A stretch of 56,562 bases of DNA. Origin: Myxococcota bacterium (GTDB lineage Bacteria; Myxococcota_A; UBA9160; PR03). The position numbers were made by a program, and so were the translations under genes. Of the stretch, positions 10,478 to 20,692 are shown piece after piece. Where the stretch lies: positions 1 to 56,562 of the forward strand of contig JBFIML010000028.1 in assembly GCA_041611735.1 (NCBI GenBank). Reading direction: 5' to 3'. Within the stretch, counting starts at the first letter, position 1. Every line of letters starts with the position of its first letter. The notes beneath the pieces are model-generated. The model searched no databases and had not been told where the DNA came from. It saw nothing but the letters and a program-made list of their open reading frames with translations.

Positions 10478-11620
10478 GTGACCAACCGCCGCGACGCGAC
10501 GCTGCACCGCCCGACCCTGGAGCGGCTGCGGGAGCTGCTGGACGGAAGCAGCCCGCGGCTGTCCGTCTACCTGCCCCTGGAGACCGCGGTCCCCCAGGTG
10601 AAGCAGAACGCGGTCCGCCATCGTCAGGCCGTGGACGAGGCGCGGCGCAAGCTCGCCGCGCTCGGGGTGGCCGACGCGGCGGCCTGGACCGAGGGCCTCG
10701 CCGCCATCGAGACCGACCTGGGAGCGCTTCCCTTCCCGGCACGCGGCCTGGCCGCCTTCGCGAGTCCCGGGCGGCTGAACGTCTTCGGCCTGCTGCGGGA
10801 GGTGGAGGCGCGCGTGGCGGTGGGTGACGCCTTCCTCCTGCGCCCGCTGCTGGCGGCCGTGCAGCGCGATCGCACCTATCGGCTGCTGGCTCTCTCCGTG
10901 AACCGGGTGACCTTGCTGGAAGGCGACGCCCTCGGCCTCCGCGACGCCGAGGCGCCGGGGCTCCCGACGAGCCTCGAGCAGGCCCTCGGCTCGCAGCTGG
11001 TGGGGGGGACGCTCCAGTACCGCAGCGGCGCCCAGCGCGGATCTGCGCCCGTCTACCACGGCCACGGAGGCGCTCGCGACGAGCGCGAGGTGGACCTGGA
11101 TCGCTTCCACCTGATGCTGGCCCAGGCGGTGACGGAGCTCCTCAAGGGCCGGGACGAGCCGCTGGTGCTTGCCGCCGACCAGATCCACCAGGGACCCTTC
11201 CGGGCCGTGCTGCGCGTGCGGGGCCTGCTGGCGGAGGGCGTCTCGGGGAGCCCCGACCACCTGTCCGCCGACGCCCTGCACGCCCAGGCGTGGCCACTCG
11301 TGGAGCGGGCGCTCGCCGAGCAGGAGCGGGAGGCCCTTGCCGCCTACGAGCGGGCGCGCAACCGCGGCAAGGTGGTGGACGTGCTCGACGACGTGGTCTC
11401 GGCGGCCGTGCGCGGCCGCGTGCATCGGCTGTGGATCGACGCGGAGCGGAGCCTTCCGGGACGCGTGGACGAGGAGACGGCCCGCGTGGCCCCGGCTCGG
11501 GGCGAGGATGACCTGCTGGACGCGATGGCGGCGGTGGTGCTGCGTCGCGGCGGCGAGGTGCGCGTGGTGGCGCCTTCGCTCGTGCCGGGTGGCACGGGCG
11601 CCGCAGCGGAACTCCGCTAG
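10478..11620 (+). CDS. Bacterial archaeo-eukaryotic release factor-like protein (baeRF3/baeRF7-like)
   Basis: LSVYLP start, GLAAF, VGDAFLLRPLL, YRLLALSVN, VYHGHG loop, PLVLAA, AVRGRVHRLWI, DDLLD..A..VLRRGGEV. No GGQ motif. Confidence 0.8.
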   Translation: MTNRRDATLHRPTLERLRELLDGSSPRLSVYLPLETAVPQVKQNAVRHRQAVDEARRKLAALGVADAAAWTEGLAAIETDLGALPFPARGLAAFASPGRLNVFGLLREVEARVAVGDAFLLRPLLAAVQRDRTYRLLALSVNRVTLLEGDALGLRDAEAPGLPTSLEQALGSQLVGGTLQYRSGAQRGSAPVYHGHGGARDEREVDLDRFHLMLAQAVTELLKGRDEPLVLAADQIHQGPFRAVLRVRGLLAEGVSGSPDHLSADALHAQAWPLVERALAEQEREALAAYERARNRGKVVDVLDDVVSAAVRGRVHRLWIDAERSLPGRVDEETARVAPARGEDDLLDAMAAVVLRRGGEVRVVAPSLVPGGTGAAAELR

Positions 11621-11631
11621 GGCGCCCCGGG

Positions 11632-12759
11632 GTGGACCGCAGCGGCATCTCCCTGTTCCGCATCGCCGGCATCCAGATCCGCATTGACTACTCCTGGTTC
11701 CTGATCTTCCTGCTGGTGCTCGTGAGCCTCTCGGCCGGCTACTTCCCCCGCGCCCACCCCGACCAGACGACGGCCACCTACTGGGGCGCCGGGCTGGTGG
11801 CCACGCTGCTCTTCTTCGCCTCGATCCTGGCCCACGAGCTGGCCCACTCGCTGGTGGCCCTGCGCGCGGGCATCCGCATCCCGGCCATCACGCTGTTCCT
11901 GTTCGGCGGCGTCTCCCACATGGAGGAGGAGCCGCGCAGCCCGGGCTCCGAGATCCGCATCGCCATCGTGGGCCCGCTGATGAGCTTCGCCCTGGCGGCC
12001 GCCTTCTGGGGCCTGGCGCGCGCCCTCGGCGGCGAGCCCCGCTCCCTGCTCGGGGTGGTGTTCGTGTACCTGGCCTGGATCAACGCCGCCCTGGGCGTCT
12101 TCAACCTGATCCCGGGCTTCCCCATGGACGGCGGACGCGTGTTCCGCGCCCTGGTCTGGCGCCGGACCGGCTCCCTGGTGCGCGCCACGCGTCTGGCCAG
12201 CGACGTGGGCAAGGGCTTCGCCGTGGCGCTCATGGTGCTCGGGGCCATCGAGATCTTCAGCGGCGCCCTGGTGGGCGGCCTGTGGCTCGTCTTCATCGGC
12301 ATGTTCCTGCGCGGCATGGCCGGGGCGGGCTACCAGGGGCTGCTGATCCGCCAGGCCCTGGAGGACGTGTCCGTGGAGCAGGTCATGATCCGCGACGCAG
12401 TGAGCGTGGACCCGGACCTCCCGATCCGCCGCCTGATCGACGACTACTTCCTGACCACCGGCTACCGGGGCTTCCCGGTGGTGAAGGGCAGCGACGTGCT
12501 CGGCGTGGTCTCCATCGCCGAGGTGGCGCAGGTGCCGGCGGAGCAACGCGACCGGGTCCGGGTGCGCGAGCAACTGCGCGCCCTGACGCCCGAGCTCCGC
12601 ATCGCGCCGGACGCCTCCCTGGGCGAGGCCCTGCGGCGCATGGCGCAGAACGGCGGAGGCCGGCTGCTGGTGATGCGCGGCGAGCGCCTCGAGGGCATGA
12701 TCACCAAGACCGGCCTGCTCCGCTTCGTCGAGCTGCGGCGCCTGCTCGAGCCCGAGTGA
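11632..12759 (+). CDS. Site-2 protease (M50) with tandem CBS domains
   Basis: HELAH, FNLIPGFPMDGG, TM helices, C-terminal CBS pair (GFPVV...LGVVS; RLLVM...LEGMIT). Confidence 0.95.
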   Translation: MDRSGISLFRIAGIQIRIDYSWFLIFLLVLVSLSAGYFPRAHPDQTTATYWGAGLVATLLFFASILAHELAHSLVALRAGIRIPAITLFLFGGVSHMEEEPRSPGSEIRIAIVGPLMSFALAAAFWGLARALGGEPRSLLGVVFVYLAWINAALGVFNLIPGFPMDGGRVFRALVWRRTGSLVRATRLASDVGKGFAVALMVLGAIEIFSGALVGGLWLVFIGMFLRGMAGAGYQGLLIRQALEDVSVEQVMIRDAVSVDPDLPIRRLIDDYFLTTGYRGFPVVKGSDVLGVVSIAEVAQVPAEQRDRVRVREQLRALTPELRIAPDASLGEALRRMAQNGGGRLLVMRGERLEGMITKTGLLRFVELRRLLEPE

Positions 12760-12762
12760 CGT

Positions 12763-13506
12763 TCAGCGCGGGCGGCTTGGACCCGCCTCGGGCACGATCC
12801 GGCCCACCACCGGCAGGTGGTCCGAGGCCGCGCGGGCGGTGCGGGTCCGGTGCGCCCGCACCTCCTGAAGCACCGCGTGGGGCCGCACCCAGATGCGGTC
12901 GAGGGCCAGCAGCGGCCAGCGCGCCGGGAAGCTGCGCACGGCGCGCGAGCGACCGAGGCGGGTGTCGAGGACGCGCACCGAGGGCCGCGCCGGCAGCCAC
13001 TCGTTGAAGTCGCCAAGCACCACCAGCAGCCCGTCGCCCAGGGGCTCGAGCTGCGCCAGCAGACGCTGTGCCTGCGCGCGCCGCTCCCGGGCCCCCAGCC
13101 CGAAGTGGGTCACGACCACCCGCACGCTGCCCCCGTCGCAGGCGAGCTCCACGTCGAGGGCGCCGCGCGGCTCGCGGGCCGCCACGCTGAGGTCGATGCG
13201 CCGCAGGGAGAGGATCGGCCGCCGGGTGAGCAGGCCGTTGCCGTAGCGCCCGCGGTGGCGCTCCAGGGTGGGTCCGGAGACGGCCCCGAGACCGGTGGCG
13301 CGCCCCAGGTAGTCGATCTGGTCGAGCCCGTGCTCCACGTGGTAGCGGGCGTCCACCTCCTGGAGCCCGATCACGTCCGCGTCGAGCTCGTCGATCACCC
13401 GGGCCACCCGATCCGGGTCGTGACGCCCGTCGGCTCCGACGCAGGAGTGGATGTTGTAGGAGGCGACGCGCAGGGCCGGGATCTCCGAAGCGGGCGGCTG
13501 GCTCAA
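12763..13506 (-). CDS. Endonuclease/exonuclease/phosphatase family protein (YbhP-like)
   Basis: RVASYNIH, IGLQEVD, YGNGLL, THFGL, LGDFNEW, LDRIW, ASDHLP. TTG start overlaps the stop of the PLD gene; start uncertain. Confidence 0.9.
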   Translation of the reverse strand: MSQPPASEIPALRVASYNIHSCVGADGRHDPDRVARVIDELDADVIGLQEVDARYHVEHGLDQIDYLGRATGLGAVSGPTLERHRGRYGNGLLTRRPILSLRRIDLSVAAREPRGALDVELACDGGSVRVVVTHFGLGARERRAQAQRLLAQLEPLGDGLLVVLGDFNEWLPARPSVRVLDTRLGRSRAVRSFPARWPLLALDRIWVRPHAVLQEVRAHRTRTARAASDHLPVVGRIVPEAGPSRPR

Positions 13507-15617
13507 GCGCCCTCCGCATCGGCTCGCTGGAGCCAGCGCCGCGCTCCCGCGGTCAGCACCCCGAGTCCGGCGGCCACGGCCAGGGCGGCCGCGATGCTCC
13601 CCCAGCCGGGCTCGCGCAGCGCGTGGAGAGCCCGGTCGGCAAACCAGGCGATGCCCGCCACCCCCGGCAGGAGCGCCAGGAAGGTGCCGAGCACGTAGTC
13701 GCCGAAACGGATGTGCGACGAGCCGGCCACCAGGTTCACGATGGTGAAGGGAGCCAGGGGGACGATCCGCACGGCCGCCACCGCGATCACGCCACGCTGC
13801 GCCAGGCGCCGGCTCAGGCGGTTCAGGCCCGGCCCCCCCAGGCGCCGCACCCAATCCCGCCACAGCAGGCGGCCGAGCCCGTAGCCGGCCGCCGCGCTGG
13901 CCAGGGCTCCCGCCAGGGCCGTGGCGCCGCCGAGACCCGGGCCGAAGGCGAGCGCTGTCCCCAGGATGAGCAGGGTGACCGGCACCATCAGGAGCGATGC
14001 GACCGCGAACCCCGCCACGGCGGCCGCGGGTGCCCAGCTCTCGTGGCGCCAGGGCTCGACCCAGGCCACCAGCCGCTCGGGGCGGATCGCCTCGCCGAGC
14101 GCCGTCCAGCGCCAGGCCGCGGCCAGGAGCAGGAGCCCGAGCAGCACCGCGGCGGCACGCAGCAGCGGATGACGCGCCAGGCGCGCCGGCTCCTCGGGCA
14201 CCAGCGCCCGGACCACCGCCTCGGGCTCCACGGGGCGCTCCGGATCGACGCCTTCGGGAACCACCGCGTCCAGCCACGCCTCGACCTCCGCCTCGAGGGG
14301 CTCCAGGGTACGCGCCCCGCCGCGCAGCCGTTCGATCGCCCCCGCCAGGGAGCCCGTCTCGCCCACCGCGGCCGCGAACGACTCCGGGGCGACGCCCAGG
14401 TGCTCGGCCAGCAGCCCGTCCCGGAAGCCGGCGATGGCGCGGGCCGTCTGCGCGTTTCCCTCCGCCTCCACCGCCACGTCGCACTCCGTGTCGAGCCCCA
14501 TGGAGCGGTTGCTCAGGTTGGCGGACCCCACCCGCAGGAAGGCGTCGTCCACCACCATCACCTTGGCATGCACGTGCACGTCCACGCGCCGTTCGCCCCC
14601 GACCACCGGGTGGAGCAGGCGCAGCCGAGCGTGGCGGTCCGCCTGGCGCAGGCGTCGCACCAGCCGCGCCCGCAGCACCCCCATGGCCGTCTCCTCGAGC
14701 CAGCCCGAGCAGGAGCGGGGCAGCACCATCACCACCTCCGGGCCGTCCGCTTCCTCCAGCCGCCGGGCCAGCGCCTCTCCCACCCGGGACGCGGTCAGGT
14801 ACTGGTTCTCCACGTAGATGCGCTGGCGGGCCGCGGCGATGGCATCCAGATGCAGGCGCTCCACCTCGCGCACCTCGGCACGCCCGTCGAAACCCGGCTC
14901 GGTGCGGGCGATGGCCACGGGGACGTCGCGCAGGTCCGGGACGAGCTCCGCGGGCCAAGGATCCCCACCGCCCTCTACCGGCGCGAGCGCCTCGCCGGTG
15001 GCGCGCCGCCAGCGCTCCCGCGCCAGCTCGGCGAGGGCGCGGGCCGCGGCTCCGTCCACGGCTGCCTGCACGTCGTGGAAGGGTCCGTAGCGCGTGCCGT
15101 CGGGCTTCTGGCGCCGCGGGTCCTCGGGACGGTGCTCGCGGGTGTCCCAACGGGAGGCGGCCAGATCGATCCCCCCCACGAAGGCGAGGGCGTCGTCGAT
15201 CACCACCAGCTTCTGGTGATGGGAGGCACCCAGCGGGTGGCGGGCGTCCAGCTCGAAGCGCATGCGGTCGTGGGTGCGCCAGCCCAGGCGGAAGACCGGG
15301 AACGACTCGCGCTCGAGCGCGTAGAGCATGGCGAAGTCCCAGTCGAGCAGCTGGACCTGGAGGTCCGGGCGACGCGCGCACAGGGCATCCAGGAAGGGCG
15401 CCAGCTCGTCGGGCAGCCCGCTGCGGTCCGGGTCGCGGCGCAGGCGCAGGCGGCTGTGCACGTCCCAGCCCACGATGCGGATCGCGCGCTCGGCGCGCTC
15501 GGCGGCCGCGGCCAGGGCGGCGAAGTAGGCGGCCGCGTCCACCAGCAGCGCCATGCGCCGGGCAGGCGCCCGCCGCCAGCAGTTCCGGCCCTCGCGGGCG
15601 ATGCTTCCGGCAGTCAT
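13503..15617 (-). CDS. Phospholipase D with C-terminal VTT/DedA membrane domain
   Basis: HKD motifs SHHQKLVVIDD and HVHAKVMVVDD, GSANLSNRSMGLDTEC; C-terminal DedA features (RIVPLAPFTIVNLVAG, YVLGTFL). Start could be at 15659. Confidence 0.92.
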   Translation of the reverse strand: MTAGSIAREGRNCWRRAPARRMALLVDAAAYFAALAAAAERAERAIRIVGWDVHSRLRLRRDPDRSGLPDELAPFLDALCARRPDLQVQLLDWDFAMLYALERESFPVFRLGWRTHDRMRFELDARHPLGASHHQKLVVIDDALAFVGGIDLAASRWDTREHRPEDPRRQKPDGTRYGPFHDVQAAVDGAAARALAELARERWRRATGEALAPVEGGGDPWPAELVPDLRDVPVAIARTEPGFDGRAEVREVERLHLDAIAAARQRIYVENQYLTASRVGEALARRLEEADGPEVVMVLPRSCSGWLEETAMGVLRARLVRRLRQADRHARLRLLHPVVGGERRVDVHVHAKVMVVDDAFLRVGSANLSNRSMGLDTECDVAVEAEGNAQTARAIAGFRDGLLAEHLGVAPESFAAAVGETGSLAGAIERLRGGARTLEPLEAEVEAWLDAVVPEGVDPERPVEPEAVVRALVPEEPARLARHPLLRAAAVLLGLLLLAAAWRWTALGEAIRPERLVAWVEPWRHESWAPAAAVAGFAVASLLMVPVTLLILGTALAFGPGLGGATALAGALASAAAGYGLGRLLWRDWVRRLGGPGLNRLSRRLAQRGVIAVAAVRIVPLAPFTIVNLVAGSSHIRFGDYVLGTFLALLPGVAGIAWFADRALHALREPGWGSIAAALAVAAGLGVLTAGARRWLQRADAEGA

Positions 15618-15674
15618 CTCGATCGGGCGAGCATGGACTGTTGGGGGCGCGTCCCGCAACCGGGGCGGCGCGGC

Positions 15675-16865
15675 TCAGCAGGCGGAGCGCAGCATGCCGC
15701 AGGCGCTCAGGGCCTCGAGCACCAGCTTGCGCACTTCCTCCTCCCACACGAACGAGACGTGGCTGCCCTGGTACCAGGCCGCCCGGGGCCGGCCCCAGTG
15801 GAGCCACAGCTCGTGGGCGTGGTCGTGGGAGGCGATCCGGTCCGCGAGACCCGCGTAGAGGAAGCGGCGCTCGCGGGGAACGCGCGGGGCGAGCGCCAGG
15901 GGCGAGACCACGCGCAGGAGCTTCTCGATGCGATCCAGGGTGAAGCCGAGCCGGCGCGCGGCGCTCACCCCGAGCGGCGAGAGATGGGAACGCAGCAGGC
16001 GGCTGAAGTCGGCGGGCGGGATGCCGACGATCACGCAGTCGAGATCGGGTTCCAGGGCAGCCACCAGGGCGCTGGTGTAGCCGCCGAGGGAGAGGCCGTG
16101 GAGCCCTACCCGGGCCGCGCGCCGCGCGCGCAGCCAGCCGAGCAGCCGGCGCACGTCCCAGACCGCCTGGGCCTGGGCGTGGAGCGTGTCCACGAAGTCG
16201 CCGGTCAGGAAGCCGTCGCCGCTGCGCCGGCCCACGCGTCGGGGCCCATGGAACGGGAGCACCGGGATCGCCAGGTTGAGGCCCAGCTCCCGATGCAGCC
16301 AGCGGGCGCGAAAGCCCGCGAAGTCCACGGTGGGGCTGCCCATGCGGTAGCCCGGCACGCACACGAGCCAGGGGCGCGGCGCGCCGCGGTGCTCGAGGAT
16401 CCAGGCATGGGCGGTGCGGTTGGGCTCGTACGCCAGCCAGCGTGCGCGTCCGGGCTCGCCGCGGTGCGGCGCGTAGCCGCTCTCGAAGCGCAGGTGCCGG
16501 TAGCGTGCCCAGGGCAGGCCCACGTCGTCCTGACGCCCGCCTTCGAGGAGCGGTGGAGCCGGGTGGTAGCGCCTCGGGTTCTCGAGCCAGTTGCGCGCGG
16601 CGTACAGCGAGAGCGCGCGAGAGATCTCGCGCCCCAGGCGGCGTCGTTCCGGGAGGGGCACGAGCGGGGCCGCCACCAGCTCCGTGGCCAGGAAGAACTC
16701 GTCCAGCACGGCCTTGGACCCGAGGCTGAGCCCCCAGCGCGGCGCCGGCAGCTCCGCGGCCGCCTCCCCGCCCACGCGCTGCGTGCCCCAGCGCAGCCCG
16801 AGCACCAGCGGTGCCGCGCCCGAGCGCACTGCGAGACCGACTCCCCGGCTGATGCGTGCCAGCAA
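15675..16865 (-). CDS. Alpha/beta hydrolase family protein
   Basis: LPFHGPRR, nucleophile elbow GLSLGG, LADRI, GSHVS. Start uncertain. Confidence 0.85.
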   Translation of the reverse strand: MLARISRGVGLAVRSGAAPLVLGLRWGTQRVGGEAAAELPAPRWGLSLGSKAVLDEFFLATELVAAPLVPLPERRRLGREISRALSLYAARNWLENPRRYHPAPPLLEGGRQDDVGLPWARYRHLRFESGYAPHRGEPGRARWLAYEPNRTAHAWILEHRGAPRPWLVCVPGYRMGSPTVDFAGFRARWLHRELGLNLAIPVLPFHGPRRVGRRSGDGFLTGDFVDTLHAQAQAVWDVRRLLGWLRARRAARVGLHGLSLGGYTSALVAALEPDLDCVIVGIPPADFSRLLRSHLSPLGVSAARRLGFTLDRIEKLLRVVSPLALAPRVPRERRFLYAGLADRIASHDHAHELWLHWGRPRAAWYQGSHVSFVWEEEVRKLVLEALSACGMLRSAC

Positions 16866-16931
16866 TGCCTGCCCCCGGCGGAGGATGGCGACTCGTGTCC
16901 GTGCAACGGGCCGGGGGGGGTGGCCCCGAGA

Positions 16932-17007
16932 TGGTGAGCGCGCGGGGAGTCGAACCCCGAACCTAGGGATTAAGAGTCCCTTGCTCTGCCAATTGAGCTA
17001 CGCGCCC
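16932..17007 (-). tRNA. tRNA-Lys (anticodon CTT), CCA encoded
   Basis: Reverse complement GGGCGCGTAGCTCAATTGGCAGAGCAAGGGACTCTTAATCCCTAGGTTCGGGGTTCGACTCCCCGCGCGCTCACCA, a 76-nt cloverleaf. Confidence 0.98.
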
Positions 17008-17059
17008 GGACGGAAACTAGAGATCGAGACGCGATTCGGCAAGCGCCCGGGAAGGGCGC

Positions 17060-20000
17060 TCACTCCGGTGCGCCGAAGCCGCCGCCGCCAGGCGTCTCCA
17101 CCACCAGACAATCGCCGGGCTCGAGCAGGACGTGGGCCTTGCCGGGGAGCTCTTCGATGCGTCCATCGCGGCGCTCCACGGCGTTGCGGCCGCACGCGCC
17201 GGGTCGCCCGCCGCGCAGGCCGAAGGGCGCCACCGTGCGGCGCTCGCTGAGCAGCGTCGCCTCGACGGGCGCCAGGAAGAGGTAGCGACGCACCAGGCCG
17301 TCGCCGCCGGGCCAGCGCCCTGCTCCGCCCGAGCCGGCGCGCCGGGCAAAGGTCAGGAGCCGCACCGGGTAGCGCGCCTCCAGCACCTCCGGGTCGGTGA
17401 TGCGCGTGTTGGTCATGTGCACGTGCACGCCCGAGGCCCCGGCGAAGCCCTCCCCCGCCCCGGCCCCGCCCCCGATCGTCTCGTAGTAGCCGAAGCGTCC
17501 GGTCCCGAAGGCCACGTTGTTCATGGTGCCCTGGCTGGCGGCTGCCACGCCGAGGGCGCCGAGCAGCACGTCCACGATGCGCTGGGAGGTCTCCACGTTG
17601 CCGCCCACCACGGCCGCGCCCTCGGGCGGATCCAGGATCGAGCCCGGCGGGACGCGGATCGCCACGGGCGCCAGGCAGCCCCCGTTCAGGGGGATGCGCT
17701 CGGCCACCAGGCTGCGCAGCACGTAGATGACGGCGGCTCGCACCACCGCGCGCGGGGCGTTCAGGTTGCCGGGGACGGCAGGGCCGCTGCCCGAGAAGTC
17801 GATGGACATGCGCTCCCCTTGCACGCCGAGCCGCACGCGGAGGGGCGTCCCGTCGTCGAGACGGTCCTCGAAGACGTGGTCGCCGTCCGGAAGGCGCGCG
17901 ATCTCGCGGGCCACCTTGCCGGCTGCGGCCTCCTGGAGCTGGCGCATGGTGACCTCCACGGCGGCGAGCCCCTGCTCGCGCACCATCTCCAGCACGAGCC
18001 GCACTCCGGCGCGGTTCGCCGCCACCTGGGCCTCCAGGTCCGCCACGTTGTCGTCGGGGTTGCGGGCGGGAAAGCGCGCCCCGCAGAGCACCTGGCGCAG
18101 GCGGGCTTCGTCGATCCGCCCGTCCGCCACCAGCCGGAACGCGCGCAGCAAGACGCCCTCCTCCTCGATGCTGCGCGAGTCCGCCGGCATGGAGCCTGGG
18201 CTCTTGCCGCCGAGGTCCGCGTGGTGGCCCCGGCTCGCCACGAAGAAGGCCGGGCCCTTGCGCTCGGCCACCAGGACGGGGGTCACCACGGTCACGTCGG
18301 GCAGGTGGGAGCCGCCCTGGAAGGGGTCGTTGCTCGCCACCACGTCGTCGGGCCCGAGGTCCGGGAAGGCGTCGCGCACCGCGCGCACGGTCTCGCCCAT
18401 GGCGCCGAGATGCACCGGGATGTGGGGTGCGTTGGCCACCAGGCCCCCGTCCCGGTCGAAGACGGCGCAGGAGTAGTCGAGGCGCTCCTTGATGTTGGTG
18501 GAGACCGCGGTGTTGCGGAGCACGGCCCCCATCTGCTCGGCGATGGACATGAAGCGGTTGCCGAACACCTCGAGGCGCACGGGATCCGGTCGCGCGAGGT
18601 CGCTTGGGTCGGGACGCACCGGACCGGCGTGGTCCTCCACGGCCAGGACCCCATCCGCCTCGACACGCAGCCGGAAGCCGGGGTCGAGCACCACGGTGCC
18701 GGTCTCCTCCAGCACGATGGCGGGCCCCTCGAGCGCGTGGCCGGGGAGCAGGGCCTCCCGGTCGTAGACCGGCGCCTCCGCCCGGCCGGTCTCCGGGAAC
18801 CAGGCGCCCACGGTGCGGCGCGGGGCTGCCGGGCTGCGCGCGGGACCCGATCCCGCCGGCGGGCCGGGGGCTTCGTCCGCCGGCGGCGCCCGGACCCGCA
18901 CCCGCGCCGTGGTGACCTCCACGGCACGTCCGGGGCGCCCGTAGCCGAAGCGGCTCTCGTGCTCCCGGGCGAAGCTCCGCGCCCAGTCGCCGTCGGCGGG
19001 CTGCGCCACGGCGAGGGCGGTCTCGCTGCCCGCGTAGCGGAGGTCGAGGCGGTGCTCGACCCGGACGCGCTGCGGCGCGATGCCCTCGGCGACCAGCGCC
19101 TGGCGCCCCTCGGCCTCCAGGATCCGGAGGATCTCGTGGACGGAGGCCGGCGCGTGGCCTGCGGAGTCGAGGCGCAGGCGGCCCGCGTCGCGCTGCCCAT
19201 CCCAGCTGACGTCCGCCATGCCGATGCCGTAGGCCGAGAGCAGCCCGGCCAGGGGATGCAGACGCAACCGGCGCATCCCGAGCCGGCGCGCCACGGCGCA
19301 GACGTGCTGTCCCCCGGCGCCGCCGAAGCCCACCAGCAGGCCATCGCGCGGATCGACCCCGCGCGCCACCGAGACCTCCTGGATGGCCTGGGCCATGCTG
19401 GCGTTGGCCACCTCCACGAAGCCCGCTGCCAGCTCGTCGTCGCCGTGCGGGTGGCCGGCAGCCCGCACGGCCTCGGCCAGGCGGCCCAGGACGGCCCGGG
19501 CCGGCGCCTCCTGCAGCGCAAACGGGAAGCGGTCCGGCTGCAGGCGGCCCAGCAGGAGGTTCACGTCCGTGAGCGTCAGCTCCCGGGCCCGCGGCCGGCC
19601 CTGCGCGTCGCGCCGGCCGTAGCAGAGCGGTCCGGGATCGGCGCCGGCGCTCTCCGGTCCGACGGTGAGCCGGAAGCCGTCGAAGCGGCACAGGGAGCCG
19701 CCCCCCGCGGCCACGGTGTGGATGCGCAGCATGGGCGCCCGCACCCGGATGCCGCCCACCTCGGTCTCGAAGCCGCGCTCCACCTCCCCGTCCACGATCA
19801 GGGAGACGTCGGTGGAGGTGCCCCCCATGTCGAAGCCGACGGCGCAGCGGGCGCCCGCGGCGCGCGCCACCCGCGCCGCGCCCACCACCCCGCCCGCCGG
19901 CCCCGAGAGCAGCGCCGTCGGGCCGCGGAAGCGCGCCCCGTCGGTGAGGCCGCCCGACGACTGCATGAAGCGCACCCGCGAGCCGGGCAGCGCCGCCTCC

Positions 20001-20659
20001 GTGGCCTGCACGTAGCGGCGCAGGAGGGGGGTCAGGTAGGCGTCGGCCACGGTGGTCTCGCCCCGAGCCAGGAAGCCCATCTCCCGGGCCAGCTCGTGGG
20101 AGGCGCCAACGAACGGAAAACCCTCCGCCCGCGCGAGCTTGGCCAGTCGGACCTCGGGCTCTGGATGAGCATGGGCATGCAGCGTGACGAGGGCGACGGA
20201 CTCGACTCCCTCGCTGCGCGCGGACGCCAGGGCCCCGCGCAGCTCGGCCTCGTCGAGCGCCTCCAGCGGCGCACCGTCCGCCGCCACCCGCCCGCCGGTC
20301 TCCAGGACACGCTCGTGGAGCGGCGGGGGCCGTCGGATCTGCAGGGCGAAGAGCTCCGGGCGCTCCTGGGTGCGGATGCTGAAGACGTCGCCCAGGCCCC
20401 GGTTGGTGACGAGCAGCGTGCGCGCCCCGGCCCGTTCGAGGAGCGCGTTGGTGGCCACGGTGGTGCCGAGCTTCACTCGGCAGGGGGGCAGCGGTGCGCC
20501 GGGGGCGACCTGGCCGGCGCGCTCCAGGATGCGCCGGATGCCCTCCACCGGGGCTGCGTCCGTCGAGAGGAGCTTGGCGGTGTGGAGCGCCCCGTCCGGA
20601 GCGCGCCCGATCACGTCCGTGAAGGTGCCGCCCCGGTCGACCCAGAACTCCCAGGACAC
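17060..20659 (-). CDS. ATP-dependent 5-oxoprolinase (fused hydantoinase A/B type)
   Basis: [72 protein letters not shown]. Confidence 0.95.
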   Translation of the reverse strand: MSWEFWVDRGGTFTDVIGRAPDGALHTAKLLSTDAAPVEGIRRILERAGQVAPGAPLPPCRVKLGTTVATNALLERAGARTLLVTNRGLGDVFSIRTQERPELFALQIRRPPPLHERVLETGGRVAADGAPLEALDEAELRGALASARSEGVESVALVTLHAHAHPEPEVRLAKLARAEGFPFVGASHELAREMGFLARGETTVADAYLTPLLRRYVQATEAALPGSRVRFMQSSGGLTDGARFRGPTALLSGPAGGVVGAARVARAAGARCAVGFDMGGTSTDVSLIVDGEVERGFETEVGGIRVRAPMLRIHTVAAGGGSLCRFDGFRLTVGPESAGADPGPLCYGRRDAQGRPRARELTLTDVNLLLGRLQPDRFPFALQEAPARAVLGRLAEAVRAAGHPHGDDELAAGFVEVANASMAQAIQEVSVARGVDPRDGLLVGFGGAGGQHVCAVARRLGMRRLRLHPLAGLLSAYGIGMADVSWDGQRDAGRLRLDSAGHAPASVHEILRILEAEGRQALVAEGIAPQRVRVEHRLDLRYAGSETALAVAQPADGDWARSFAREHESRFGYGRPGRAVEVTTARVRVRAPPADEAPGPPAGSGPARSPAAPRRTVGAWFPETGRAEAPVYDREALLPGHALEGPAIVLEETGTVVLDPGFRLRVEADGVLAVEDHAGPVRPDPSDLARPDPVRLEVFGNRFMSIAEQMGAVLRNTAVSTNIKERLDYSCAVFDRDGGLVANAPHIPVHLGAMGETVRAVRDAFPDLGPDDVVASNDPFQGGSHLPDVTVVTPVLVAERKGPAFFVASRGHHADLGGKSPGSMPADSRSIEEEGVLLRAFRLVADGRIDEARLRQVLCGARFPARNPDDNVADLEAQVAANRAGVRLVLEMVREQGLAAVEVTMRQLQEAAAGKVAREIARLPDGDHVFEDRLDDGTPLRVRLGVQGERMSIDFSGSGPAVPGNLNAPRAVVRAAVIYVLRSLVAERIPLNGGCLAPVAIRVPPGSILDPPEGAAVVGGNVETSQRIVDVLLGALGVAAASQGTMNNVAFGTGRFGYYETIGGGAGAGEGFAGASGVHVHMTNTRITDPEVLEARYPVRLLTFARRAGSGGAGRWPGGDGLVRRYLFLAPVEATLLSERRTVAPFGLRGGRPGACGRNAVERRDGRIEELPGKAHVLLEPGDCLVVETPGGGGFGAPE

Positions 20660-20692
20660 GCGCCAAGCGTAGGCCCGCCGGCGGAGGCGCGC

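Noticed and set aside
5340-17007. Possible genomic island between tRNA-Leu and tRNA-Lys
   Set aside because: No integrase, no duplicated tRNA 3' end seen, and no evident compositional shift.
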